This document shows, one piece after another, positions 10,196-20,148 of a stretch of DNA of 64,000 bases (the stretch's first letter is position 1; each line of letters begins with the position of its first letter). Location: the NCBI GenBank assembly GCA_964627255.1, contig CAZVIN010000007.1:3051-67050 (forward strand), in the 5' to 3' direction. The translations under genes and the position numbers were made by a program. Below the pieces are notes generated by a model. It did no database searches. It was not told the DNA's origin and saw only the letters and a program-made list of their open reading frames with translations. Origin of the DNA: an uncultured Eubacteriales bacterium. GTDB lineage: Bacteria; Acidobacteriota; Aminicenantia; Aminicenantales; CALLJL01.

Positions 10196-11128
10196 TTATC
10201 CGAGTAGCTCGCCTGGCTTAAGTCTCATTCCTAAGGAAAATTCATAGGCACCCATCTGGCGGCGGTTTTCGCGTTGGAGCTTTTCGAGGCGATAAACCTG
10301 GTGGTCGCCGCAGGCGACATCAACACCTTCGTGGTTGATGCGGATAATCTCACCTGGTTTGGCGATTAAATTCGAGGTTGGTTGCAGCGCGCCGCGGTGA
10401 ACCTTAACTAACTCTCCCCGGCAATAGGTAAATGCGCCTGGCCAGGGATAAAGAGCTCTGACCCGACGGTCTATTTTGGCCGCTGGACTGGTCCAATCAA
10501 GGCGACCTTGGTCTTTTTCGATCTTAGGGGCATAGGTAGCCAGGGAATGATTCTGGGGCTGCGGGGTTATTTGGTGGATTTCATCTAAAGTTTTCAAAAG
10601 GAGGTCGGCGCCAAGGACGGCCAATCGTTGCTCTAATTCTTCGGCATTTTCTCCCGGCAAAATCGGGACTTCAATTTGACTGAGGATATCCCCCTCATCC
10701 ATTTTTTCATTAAGCTGGAAAATGGTTACGCCTGTTTTTTCCTCACCATTCAGGAGAGCCCAAGCCACAGGGCAGGCCCCGCGATATTTGGGTAAAAGAG
10801 AAAAATGGACGTTGACGGCTTTAAACGGCGGGAAATAGATAAGTTCAGCGGGCAGGAGCTGGCCAAAGGCGACCACGATGATTATGTCGGGCGAAAGAGA
10901 GTAAATTAAATCCAATGCCTGTTTATCCCGTCTAATTTTGTCCGGTTGAATTACTGGGAGCTGGTAACGCCAGGCCAAGGATTTTACTGGGGGCGGCTTT
11001 ACTTTTTGGCCTCGGCCCGCCGGCCGGTCAGGCTGGGTGACAACTAGTTTAATGGAATGTCCGGCGGCGATTAGTTTCTCTAGGGAAGGAAGGGCAGGCT
11101 CAGGCGTGCCAAAAAAAACGATGTTCAT
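10196..11128 (-). CDS. fmt: Methionyl-tRNA formyltransferase
   Basis: 310 aa with the formyltransferase N-domain (IVFFGTPEPALPSL). Overlaps def by 4 nt, the conserved def-fmt pair. Confidence 0.9.
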   Translation of the reverse strand: MNIVFFGTPEPALPSLEKLIAAGHSIKLVVTQPDRPAGRGQKVKPPPVKSLAWRYQLPVIQPDKIRRDKQALDLIYSLSPDIIIVVAFGQLLPAELIYFPPFKAVNVHFSLLPKYRGACPVAWALLNGEEKTGVTIFQLNEKMDEGDILSQIEVPILPGENAEELEQRLAVLGADLLLKTLDEIHQITPQPQNHSLATYAPKIEKDQGRLDWTSPAAKIDRRVRALYPWPGAFTYCRGELVKVHRGALQPTSNLIAKPGEIIRINHEGVDVACGDHQVYRLEKLQRENRRQMGAYEFSLGMRLKPGELLG

Positions 11129-11640
11129 TCTTTGGAAGACAAACCTAATTGGCGTTGTAATCTGCGGCGCAAGAGCTGGCGCTTAAGAGGCGAGAGACGG
11201 TCCAAAAACAGTCGGCCTTCTAAATGGTCCAGTTCATGACAAAAAACACGAGCCAGAAGGTCAGAGGCTTCTATTTTTATCTCCTGGCCCTCCAGGCTAA
11301 GACCTCGGACCAGGATGCGAGCCGGCCGCCTTACCTTTTCTCTTATTTCGGGAACAGAAAGGCAGCCTTCCTCTTCGATGGACTCGCCTTCTGCTTCTAA
11401 AATTTCTGGGTTTACCATGATAATTAACTCATCGGCTTTTTCTCCGACAGACAAGTCGACCGTAATCAGCCTTTGGCTCATGCCAAGCTGGGGCGCGGCT
11501 AAACCAATCCCCGGCGCCGCATGCATTGTCTCCACCATATCTTGAGCTAAAGATAAAATTTCTTCATTAATATCTTGAATGGGCTCGGCGGCGCGATGAA
11601 GCACAGGGTGGCCATACTGGACTATTTTTCTCAGAGCCAT
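11125..11640 (-). CDS. def: Peptide deformylase
   Basis: 171 aa with the GIGLAAPQLG, EGCLS and HELDHL motifs. Confidence 0.92.
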   Translation of the reverse strand: MALRKIVQYGHPVLHRAAEPIQDINEEILSLAQDMVETMHAAPGIGLAAPQLGMSQRLITVDLSVGEKADELIIMVNPEILEAEGESIEEEGCLSVPEIREKVRRPARILVRGLSLEGQEIKIEASDLLARVFCHELDHLEGRLFLDRLSPLKRQLLRRRLQRQLGLSSKE

Positions 11641-11826
11641 GTTTTTATTTTACCAGATAGAATTTATTGGTTCAAAGTGGGGTTTCTCAGGCGAAGTAGC
11701 CAACCTCTTGCTGAAATAGTCTGGCGTGGAGCCGCCTCTAAACTCGAGAAGAAATAAAGAAGAAACAAGATATTAACAAGCACCTAATTTTTTAGAACCT
11801 TCCTCATCAGCTTTAAGGCGAATTTC

Positions 11827-13233
11827 TTAGGGTGAATTTATTTTAGGAAGGATAACCAGGCCGATATTTTCTTTTTCATTATATTCAATGCTAACGCCAA
11901 AAGGCTCTGATAGCCTCTTCAGGTCGCTAATAATTTTTTGGCCCAAGATGGGCTCAGCCAAAAGAGGTCTTCCCCTCACCCAACGTGGCTGGCCAAAACC
12001 AAGGGAGACGGGAATTAACTTTATTTCTCTTAGTTCTTTTTCTCGCCATTTCAAACAGGCGACAACTGATTCCCAGTATTCAGGCTGGCTGGGAAAACCC
12101 CGCCGGTCCGAATCATAGCGAGCTTCATTAAAATCAGCAACATGTTTATCTTCACCCAAACGATAGGGCTCATAATTCTCCTGGGGCAAACGAAGCGGCG
12201 TTTCATTCTGAAAAATAAAATTTCCTAAACTATAAAAAATTGGCTTACCTTGGTAAATTTCTATCCCTTTTAAAATGTGGGGACCATGATTGACAACCAG
12301 GGAAGCGCCAGCGTCAATAGCCGCGTGCGCAAAATCAACGAGGAAGGAGGGGGAAGAAAATCTATCCTTTCCCTGTTCATGGCTATGGACAGAAACGATG
12401 ACCAGGTCAGCCAAAGCGCTGGCGTTGCGAATGATCGCGGTTATCTCTGCCAGGTCGCCAGGGTTAAGAGATGTTCTTATTTCCGCTGAATCGCCTTTCA
12501 CGATTCGCTGACGGAGAAAACTCAACTGGGAACTTTCCAAAGGCGGATTCAGCCCCCATTGCTGCAAGATAGTTCGCAGCCCTTCCAATTGCTCCGCCGT
12601 AACCACATAGGTTGAGGTAAAGCGAAGGGGGTTGAGGCCGGGTCGAGGCGGGATATCGTCCCGGGATTTACTGGCCCGAGCATGGTCGGGAAAAGTCGAG
12701 GCACAGGAAATCAAAGCCACCCGCGCTTTGGCTGTTTCCAGAAAACGCGCCTCCCTGGCTTCAGTTAGACTGCGGCCAACACCAGCCTGAACGAGACCTG
12801 CCGCCTCAACATACTTGGTAGTTAGCTCCATGCCTATAACGCCAAAATCGCCGGCATGATTATTGGCCCGGGAAACAAGGTCAAAGCCCGCCCAAACTAA
12901 TTCCTTAGCGAGGCCCGGTTCAGCCCGCAGGTAGGTTCCGCCGCTTTCATGCATAGGATAGGCCTCGTAATCATGGAAGAGAATTTCCAGGTTAGTAAAG
13001 GCAATATCAGCCGAGCGAATGATTTCAATCAATTTAAGAAAATCAGGTTCAGAATAGACAGAAAGGCGACGGGTGATAATGGAATCGCCGGTAAGAGCCA
13101 CGGTGAAAGAGACGTCGGCTGGCTTCAGGCTGGGTTTCTCCGAAGCATTCGTTTTGGCCACAAGCAAAAGATTAAAGCTAATAAAAAGCAAAAACAGAAA
13201 CTTAAGGATGGCCAAAAAAATTCTTCTCCTCAA
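11827..13233 (-). CDS. CapA-family metallophosphoesterase (poly-gamma-glutamate synthesis protein family), secreted
   Basis: 468 aa with an N-terminal signal peptide and the CapA/PGA_cap domain pattern (VALTGDSI, NHAGDFG). Confidence 0.7.
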   Translation of the reverse strand: MRRRIFLAILKFLFLLFISFNLLLVAKTNASEKPSLKPADVSFTVALTGDSIITRRLSVYSEPDFLKLIEIIRSADIAFTNLEILFHDYEAYPMHESGGTYLRAEPGLAKELVWAGFDLVSRANNHAGDFGVIGMELTTKYVEAAGLVQAGVGRSLTEAREARFLETAKARVALISCASTFPDHARASKSRDDIPPRPGLNPLRFTSTYVVTAEQLEGLRTILQQWGLNPPLESSQLSFLRQRIVKGDSAEIRTSLNPGDLAEITAIIRNASALADLVIVSVHSHEQGKDRFSSPSFLVDFAHAAIDAGASLVVNHGPHILKGIEIYQGKPIFYSLGNFIFQNETPLRLPQENYEPYRLGEDKHVADFNEARYDSDRRGFPSQPEYWESVVACLKWREKELREIKLIPVSLGFGQPRWVRGRPLLAEPILGQKIISDLKRLSEPFGVSIEYNEKENIGLVILPKINSP

Positions 13234-13634
13234 GGCTACCTCCTTTTTAGGGGTTTTCTTGTTTATTTTATCTTAATTTTATTCTGACCCATTCTGGGCA
13301 TTTTAGCTTAATGCTCTCCAGGATACGATCATTTCTTTCTTTAATAAAGACCTGATAGTGTGCCCCCTTTTTTGCTGTTGCTGACCTAAATATAATCGGT
13401 TATGATGCCGTCGACGGGGCTTATCGGATAAGACTGAAATTAGAGGCAATTGAAAGGCACAGAGATTCATTAAGCAAGATAATTCATGAGGTATAGGAAT
13501 CACTTGCCACCTAACAGCCTTAAGTATTTAAAGCCATGCCATTAGGAAGGTGAAAAAGTTAAGTAATGAAAATTTATGTTGGCGTTACTGATAACGCTTG
13601 GTATAGCTTTTTGGCCGCAAGGATAAACTCGCTC

Positions 13635-13643
13635 GGGGGGGGG
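13635..13643. repeat. Homopolymeric G9 tract in a 500-bp intergenic region
   Basis: Read directly: gctcGGGGGGGGGaag. Confidence 0.9.
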
Positions 13644-13732
13644 AAGTAAACTTCTATGTTGAGGGCGATGATTAATTCGGGTGTTTAGACCGCAATCACA
13701 AATTAGACCTATAGAATCAATCCCGTTCTAGT

Positions 13733-15739
13733 TCAAATTATGGCCGTCGGAGGTGCGGGTTCTTCGGCCCGGCCAGCATTGCGCAGCGGGACAGCCACGA
13801 GATAAAGGCCGATTATCCCGATAAAGACAAGGCCAAAAAGATAGCTGGGGGCCGCAAAAATCCCCGGAATTTTAACGTTGAAAAAGGTTAAGGCGGCTCG
13901 AAGGAGGCCAGTCAGGGCTTCGCCGGCGATTAAACCTGAGGCCAGAAGAATTCCTGTGTTTTCCACTCGCGCCTTCTGAGCTTCGTTAAAACTTTTCTTC
14001 GCGGCCAATTTCTCGACAACCGCCTTAATTATCCCGCCGCAAAAAATCGCAAAGGTGGTCTCAAGCGGCAAGTACATGCCAACGGCCACTAACATGGGTG
14101 AGCGGACCTGAACTAAAATTAAGGCAAAGCCCATAAACATGCCGACAACTACCAGTGGCCAGGCCATCTCTCCACCCACAATTCCCTGTGAGAGAGCGGC
14201 CATTAAGCCGGCTTGAGGGGCCGGAAGCTCCTTGCTGCCGAAAGTAAAGGCGCCGTGCAAGATCATTAAGGGGAAAAAAAGAATGAGCGAAGAAGCCAGC
14301 ACACCCACGAGGTCGCCAACCTGCATCTTCCAGGGGGTGCCGCCTAAAATATGCCCAACTTTGAGGTCTTGAAGCATTTCCCCAGCCACGGCCGAAGAAA
14401 CACACACCACAGCAGCTACTCCCAAGACTGCAGCCACGCCGCTTATGCCGGTTGCGCCGATCAACACCATCAGAATAGCGGCAATAATCAGCGTTGAAAG
14501 GGTGAGGCCGGAGATCGGGTTGTTGGACGAGCCGATTGTCCCAACCAGGTTGCCAGAAACAGCGGCAAAGAAAAATCCAGCCAAAGCCATAACCAAGGCC
14601 GCCACAATCGCTGCCCCAAAGGTTCCGGCAAAAACCCGGTAGACAAAGACCATCAAGATAACCGAAATAGCCAGGCCACTGAAAACATATCGGAAATCTA
14701 AATCGCGTTCTAAACGGGAGACTTGTTCAACTTGGCCGGCCGCTTTTTTTACATCACTGATAGAGCGCTTCAGGCCTGCTCCCAAATTTTTCCTCATCCG
14801 ATACAGGGTAAAGCCGGCGCCAACCAGCATGCCGCCCACCGCAATCGGCCGAATTATGAATCGCCACACATTGGCAACCATTGCCTCCCAGCCGACTTCA
14901 GATAGGCTGGCCTGAGGGCCGTAAAACGAGGTCACCAGTTGGGGACCAAGAAAATAGACAAGAAGGGGAGCGAAGAGACCCCAAGCGAGCACTCCTCCAG
15001 CAAAGTTAAGGGAAGCGAGACGCGGGCCAATTATGTAGCCGACTCCGATATAGGCGGGATAAATTCCAGGCCCAGCCACAGCCACGGTCCCGCCTGTGCC
15101 CAAGGCAGGCGAAGTTTTGCTTGTACCTAATCGAACAAAGCTGGCACCAATCGAGCCTACTTTGATGATAAAATCCTTGGAGGCAGCAAAAAGACGGACT
15201 ACACCCAGGGCATAAATTAACGCGCCAACTCCCATTGCCTGAAACAAAAATTTGGCTCCGGCGCTTCCCTTCTGACCGGCTTTGTGAATTTCGGAGGCGG
15301 CAACTGATTCGGGAAAAGGAAGTTCCGGGTCAGTTACCATCACCCGACGAAGAAAAGTAACAAAAAGAATGCCGAGGAGGCCGCCAACGAACATCAAGGC
15401 TGAAGATTTAATATAGGCATCAACGGTATTGAAATTAGTCCAGGCACCCACAATAAGAAATGCAGGAATGGTAAAGATAGCCCCAGCAGCCACGGACTCG
15501 CCGATGGAGCCCACTGTTCGGGCAAAATTTTCTTCTAAGATAGACCCCTTCAAGAGCTTTAGGACAGCCATCCCGATTACCGCTGCCGGATAAGTAGCTG
15601 CGATAGTCATGCCCGCGCGCAGGCCAAGATAGGCATTGGCAGCGCCTAAAACGACTGTCATTAAGAGGCCAAGAATAAGGGCCCTAACCGTAAACTCTCT
15701 GAGGTCAGTTTTTTCAGGCACAAAAGGTTCGTGTTTCAT
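13733..15739 (-). CDS. Oligopeptide transporter, OPT family
   Basis: 668 aa polytopic membrane protein whose N-terminus matches bacterial OPT family transporters. Confidence 0.8.
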   Translation of the reverse strand: MKHEPFVPEKTDLREFTVRALILGLLMTVVLGAANAYLGLRAGMTIAATYPAAVIGMAVLKLLKGSILEENFARTVGSIGESVAAGAIFTIPAFLIVGAWTNFNTVDAYIKSSALMFVGGLLGILFVTFLRRVMVTDPELPFPESVAASEIHKAGQKGSAGAKFLFQAMGVGALIYALGVVRLFAASKDFIIKVGSIGASFVRLGTSKTSPALGTGGTVAVAGPGIYPAYIGVGYIIGPRLASLNFAGGVLAWGLFAPLLVYFLGPQLVTSFYGPQASLSEVGWEAMVANVWRFIIRPIAVGGMLVGAGFTLYRMRKNLGAGLKRSISDVKKAAGQVEQVSRLERDLDFRYVFSGLAISVILMVFVYRVFAGTFGAAIVAALVMALAGFFFAAVSGNLVGTIGSSNNPISGLTLSTLIIAAILMVLIGATGISGVAAVLGVAAVVCVSSAVAGEMLQDLKVGHILGGTPWKMQVGDLVGVLASSLILFFPLMILHGAFTFGSKELPAPQAGLMAALSQGIVGGEMAWPLVVVGMFMGFALILVQVRSPMLVAVGMYLPLETTFAIFCGGIIKAVVEKLAAKKSFNEAQKARVENTGILLASGLIAGEALTGLLRAALTFFNVKIPGIFAAPSYLFGLVFIGIIGLYLVAVPLRNAGRAEEPAPPTAII

Positions 15740-15943
15740 AGAACGGCTCCTTTCTTGATTATGCCTTATGTATATTCAAACTGCTGAGCCCAAGTCAAGC
15801 TAAAATGGTTACCTCATAAAAGCGGCCATGCCCGCTTTGAGCCCCTTTGGCGGAGAGGATTAGCCAAAAACATATAGGCAGAAATAGCAAATCTATTGGA
15901 ATTATTTAAAAAAATAGATAGAATATGCTTTCGGAAGAAGACA

Positions 15944-16975
15944 ATGGGTTTAATAAGCTGGATAAAAGAGCGGGTTCTATGTGACCTGGCTGTTGACTTA
16001 GGGACAGCCAATACGCTGGTTTATCTTAAGGGTAGGGGCATAGTAGTCAACGAGCCTTCGATTGTGGTCATTAATAAAAATACGGGAAAGGTAGAGGCAG
16101 TCGGCGCCAGGGCTAAAGAAATGCTGGGAAAAACGCCGGCCAACGTTGTCGCCATCAAACCCCTGCGGGATGGAGTTATCGCCGATTTTGAAATCGCCGA
16201 AAAAATGCTCGATTTTTTTATCCGCAAGGCAACAAATAACCGAGGATTCTTACTTCGGCCAAGGATCGCTATCGGTATTCCCACCGGGATCACTCAGGTC
16301 GAAAGGCGAGCTGTAAAGGATGTTGCTTTACGGGCTAAGGCTTCAGAAGTTTATCTTATTGAGCAACCTATGTCGGCGGCAATAGGGGCTGATTTACCGA
16401 TTTCTGAGCCTACTGGCAACATGGTCGTTGATATTGGCGGGGGGACGACGGACATCGCCGTGATTTCGCTAAACGGGATTGTTTTTAACCATTCGATTCG
16501 GGTTGCCGGTAACGAGATGGATGAACAAATTATCCAGTATTTAAAAAAGAAATACAATCTTCTCATCGGGGAAAAAACGGCCGAAACAGTGAAGATGCAG
16601 ATAGGGTCAGCTTATCCTTTGGATGAACCGTTGACCATGGAAATCAAGGGCCGGGATTTAAGAGAAGGTATTCCGAAGACAATTGTCGTCGACGACCAAG
16701 AAATCCGCGAAGCGCTGGAAGATGTAGTGGCGGCGATAGTCAACGCCGTTCGCATTGCCTTGGAGCGAACTCCACCCGAGCTTTCGGCCGATATCATCGA
16801 CCGGGGAATTGTCCTTACTGGCGGCGGGGCCCTGCTTAAAAATTTGGATAAAAGGTTGAAAGAAGAAACTCAGTTGCCAGTTTTTATAACCGAGGACCCT
16901 CTCTCTACGGTGGTCATGGGAGCGGGCAAAATGCTCGATGATATCGAGCTGCTCAAGAAAGTCGCGGTTAATTGA
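15944..16975 (+). CDS. mreB: Rod shape-determining protein MreB
   Basis: Actin-like ATPase (DLGTANTLVY). The start is set at the internal ATG at 15944 by alignment with MreB N-termini. Confidence 0.92.
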   Translation: MGLISWIKERVLCDLAVDLGTANTLVYLKGRGIVVNEPSIVVINKNTGKVEAVGARAKEMLGKTPANVVAIKPLRDGVIADFEIAEKMLDFFIRKATNNRGFLLRPRIAIGIPTGITQVERRAVKDVALRAKASEVYLIEQPMSAAIGADLPISEPTGNMVVDIGGGTTDIAVISLNGIVFNHSIRVAGNEMDEQIIQYLKKKYNLLIGEKTAETVKMQIGSAYPLDEPLTMEIKGRDLREGIPKTIVVDDQEIREALEDVVAAIVNAVRIALERTPPELSADIIDRGIVLTGGGALLKNLDKRLKEETQLPVFITEDPLSTVVMGAGKMLDDIELLKKVAVN

Positions 16976-16997
16976 GCTTTACAAATCAGGGAGGTTT

Positions 16998-17831
16998 ATG
17001 GCCCTTCCCTTGAAGGAAAGAAAAGCCTTGCGGCTCTTTTCCCTTCTGATTCTTGGCCATCTTGTCCTTATCTCGCTTCAGGTGCCTCGTTCTGAGGACG
17101 GGACTTTATTCAAGCAGGCTTTTTTGGCGGTTCTAACGCCCACTCAGGCGGCTATTAGCGGGATGAGCCGAGAAATCAGTCGTTTCTGCAACAACTATTT
17201 GCTCTGGCGTGATATTAGAGAACAAAACCAGAAGTTAAGAGATGAAGTTTTTTTCCTTCGTCAGGAAAATATCCTCTTAAAGAATGTGCTTCAGAGGCTG
17301 GGGGAGGAGGTGCAGATAAGAGAACGTCTAAAAAATCTTTCTTCGTCGCTCATCGTAGCAGCGGTAGTAGGGAGTGATGCGGCCAACATTTATAAATCCA
17401 TAGTAATCAATCGGGGGGAAAAACATAAAATTAAAGCCGATATGGTGGTTCTCGACCCTCAGGGGAACCTGGTTGGTCGCGTGATCAATCCTGTGTTAGC
17501 CTGGACCAGTCGCGTTCAGTTAATAACTGATGATACCAGCGGCGTCGGCGCGGTTGCGGCCGGCAAGGAAGTTTCTGGGGTACTGCGCGGTGATGGCCAT
17601 GGACGCTGTTATTTGGATTATGTCCTCGTTTCTTCGCCTGAAATAAATATTGGGGAGGAGGTTGTTACTTCGGGGTTTGACGGGATTTATCCCGCCGGAA
17701 TCCCTGTTGGTCGAGTTGTGGCCGTTTCTCGGGAGGGGACGCTCTTCAGGAAAATAATAATCGAGCCGTTCTTTAAACTGAATGGATTAGTCCAGGTAGG
17801 GGTCCTGGCTTTTGACCTCAAAAATTTTTAA
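16998..17831 (+). CDS. mreC: Rod shape-determining protein MreC
   Basis: N-terminal TM segment plus coiled coil, C-terminal beta domain, positioned after mreB. The start at 16998 follows a GGGAGG RBS. Confidence 0.85.
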   Translation: MALPLKERKALRLFSLLILGHLVLISLQVPRSEDGTLFKQAFLAVLTPTQAAISGMSREISRFCNNYLLWRDIREQNQKLRDEVFFLRQENILLKNVLQRLGEEVQIRERLKNLSSSLIVAAVVGSDAANIYKSIVINRGEKHKIKADMVVLDPQGNLVGRVINPVLAWTSRVQLITDDTSGVGAVAAGKEVSGVLRGDGHGRCYLDYVLVSSPEINIGEEVVTSGFDGIYPAGIPVGRVVAVSREGTLFRKIIIEPFFKLNGLVQVGVLAFDLKNF

Positions 17832-17840
17832 CAGGTTTAG

Positions 17841-18302
17841 ATGCGTCATTGGTCAAAGTCGTCGTTAATTATCCTGCTGGCGCTCTTACTCCAGTTCCTC
17901 TGGGGGTCAACTCCGCGAGCGATTAATGACCTTTTTAATTTTTTTTCAATCATCGTCGTTTATTTAGCTTTGCGCCACGGAGAAATAGCGGGGACCTTGA
18001 GTGGCACTGTCGCCGGCTTGGCCCAAGATGCCTTATCTCTCCATGTTTTTGGACTGGCCGGATTAACTAAAACTGGGCTTGGCTTTGGTGTTGGCCTGGC
18101 TTTTCGCAAATTAAATCTTCAACCCTTAGGCCGACAACTCTTGATTTTATTTTTTGCCTGTTGGTTTGAACTGCTGGTTTGGACCGGCCTGGCTTATTTA
18201 ATCTTTGGCTTGAAGGCTTCGGTCTGGTCCGGGACATTCTGGCTTCAGCCGTTGACTACCGCGCTGGTGGCCGGACTTCTTTTTCGTCTTAATGACCGCT
18301 GA
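17841..18302 (+). CDS. mreD: Rod shape-determining protein MreD
   Basis: 153 aa polytopic membrane protein in the mreBCD position. Confidence 0.75.
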   Translation: MRHWSKSSLIILLALLLQFLWGSTPRAINDLFNFFSIIVVYLALRHGEIAGTLSGTVAGLAQDALSLHVFGLAGLTKTGLGFGVGLAFRKLNLQPLGRQLLILFFACWFELLVWTGLAYLIFGLKASVWSGTFWLQPLTTALVAGLLFRLNDR

Positions 18303-18345
18303 ACAAAAGAATGATGGCTAAGATAACAAAATATTTATAATTTCG

Positions 18346-20148
18346 ATGGGAAAAGAGAAAATTTATGAAGATTTCACTTTCCTCCACCGTCGGGTGAGAA
18401 GCAGTTTTTATCTTTTAGCCATTTCTTTTATTTTTCTGGTCTTTGGGTATTGGAAAGTTCAGATCCTTGACCACCGCCACTATTGGTCCTTAGCTGAAGC
18501 CAATCGTTTGCGAGAGGTTACGATTCCTGCCCCACGGGGTTGCTTTTACGACCGGAACGGCCTCGTTCTGGCCGACAATATTGCCTCTTATAAGGCTTGC
18601 CTTATTCGGGAAAATAATCTTGACTGGAAAAAATCTCTGGTAAAAATCGCTGAACTTCTTAAGCTCGAGGAGACAGTGCTTCAGAACCGCATTGAAAAGT
18701 ATGCGAACCAACCCTATTTTTTTCCTATTGTCATCAAGGATAACCTGAGTTTAGAAGAAGTAACCCAAGTAGAGGCGCGGCGGTTAGAGTTTCCTGAACT
18801 CTCTATTGAGCGTGAGCCACGAAGATTTTATCCTTTTGGGCCTCTTACTGCCCATATCATAGGCTATTTACAAGAAATTTCTTCCGAAGAGCTCAATTCT
18901 GGTCAATTCAAGGGAAAGGTAATGGGAGATTTAATCGGCAAGATTGGCTTGGAAAAAATCTATGAATCCTGGTTAACGGGTGAGGACGGGAAAAAATTGG
19001 AGATAGTTGACAGCTTGGGGAGAACCCATGGGGAGTATGACCGAGTGGAACCAAAACCTGGTCGTGACCTTCATTTAGCGCTCGATTTTGACCTACAAGC
19101 CAAAGCCCAGAGCCTTCTGGAGGGAAGGGAAGGGGCAATTGTGGCTCTCGAACCGCGTTCGGGAGAAGTGCTGGCTATGGTCAGTTCTCCCACCTTTGAC
19201 CCCAATAAATTTGTTTCCCGCTTTTCCTCTAAGGAATGGGAGGAGCTTTTTTCCCGTCCTGACCATCCCTTGGAGAACCGGGCCATTCGGGGGCTTTATC
19301 CTCCTGGCTCGGTGTTTAAACTTACCGTAGCTCTGGCTGGCTTACAGAAAAGAATTATTTCCCCCGGGACCACTTTTTTCTGTTCCGGAGAAGCTGAATT
19401 CTATGGCCGGGTTTTTGCCTGCTGGCAACGAGGCGGTCATGGCTGGGTTAATTTGCCTGAGGCTATCAAAGATTCCTGTAATATCTATTTTTATAATGTT
19501 GGTCGGCGCCTGGGTATCGAAGATTTGGCTGATTTTGGTCGCTATTTAGGTTTTGGGGCCAAAACCGGGATTGATTTGCCTGGAGAAAAAGAAGGCCTGG
19601 TTCCTGACCCCAAGTGGAAGAAACAGACCCAAGGAACGGAGTGGTTTGCGGGTGAGACTATTTCGGTTTCCATTGGACAGGGGCCGATTCAGGTAACACC
19701 GCTTCAGGTAGCGGCTCATACGGCTCTTCTGGCCAATCGAGGCCAAAGAATAAGGCCGCACTTAGTCTTGGATAAAATGGCCAGGGTTAATGGAGAAGCA
19801 GAGGAGACAGGTCTGAGCGAACCGAAAATAGAGGCGAATTATTTTGAAAAAGTGATAGAAGGGATGTGGCGTTCGGTCAACGACTCAGGAACAGGCCATT
19901 TGGCTCTGGTTGAGGGTTTTGACGTTTGCGGTAAGACAGGGTCCACTCAGGTGATTAGCCGAGAAAAAGCGGCAAAGCTTGGTTTGGTTATTAAACCTCA
20001 TTCCTGGTTTACCGGGTTTGCTCCCCGAAATAACCCCAGAATTGTGGTGACAGTGGTTATGGAATTCGGAGGATTGGGTGGGGCCTCAGCTGCTCCTTTA
20101 GCTCGAGAAATGTTTGCTTTGTATAAAGAAAAATTAGACCATGATTGA
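18346..20148 (+). CDS. mrdA: Penicillin-binding protein 2 (peptidoglycan D,D-transpeptidase)
   Basis: 600 aa with the PBP dimerisation and transpeptidase domains (SVFK active-site Ser motif, KTGS). Lies in the mre-mrd-rodA block. Confidence 0.9.
   Translation: MGKEKIYEDFTFLHRRVRSSFYLLAISFIFLVFGYWKVQILDHRHYWSLAEANRLREVTIPAPRGCFYDRNGLVLADNIASYKACLIRENNLDWKKSLVKIAELLKLEETVLQNRIEKYANQPYFFPIVIKDNLSLEEVTQVEARRLEFPELSIEREPRRFYPFGPLTAHIIGYLQEISSEELNSGQFKGKVMGDLIGKIGLEKIYESWLTGEDGKKLEIVDSLGRTHGEYDRVEPKPGRDLHLALDFDLQAKAQSLLEGREGAIVALEPRSGEVLAMVSSPTFDPNKFVSRFSSKEWEELFSRPDHPLENRAIRGLYPPGSVFKLTVALAGLQKRIISPGTTFFCSGEAEFYGRVFACWQRGGHGWVNLPEAIKDSCNIYFYNVGRRLGIEDLADFGRYLGFGAKTGIDLPGEKEGLVPDPKWKKQTQGTEWFAGETISVSIGQGPIQVTPLQVAAHTALLANRGQRIRPHLVLDKMARVNGEAEETGLSEPKIEANYFEKVIEGMWRSVNDSGTGHLALVEGFDVCGKTGSTQVISREKAAKLGLVIKPHSWFTGFAPRNNPRIVVTVVMEFGGLGGASAAPLAREMFALYKEKLDHD

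Noticed and set aside
13303-13503. 66-aa minus-strand ORF in the 500-bp gap
   Set aside because: No RBS and no recognisable domain. The region is better described as non-coding.
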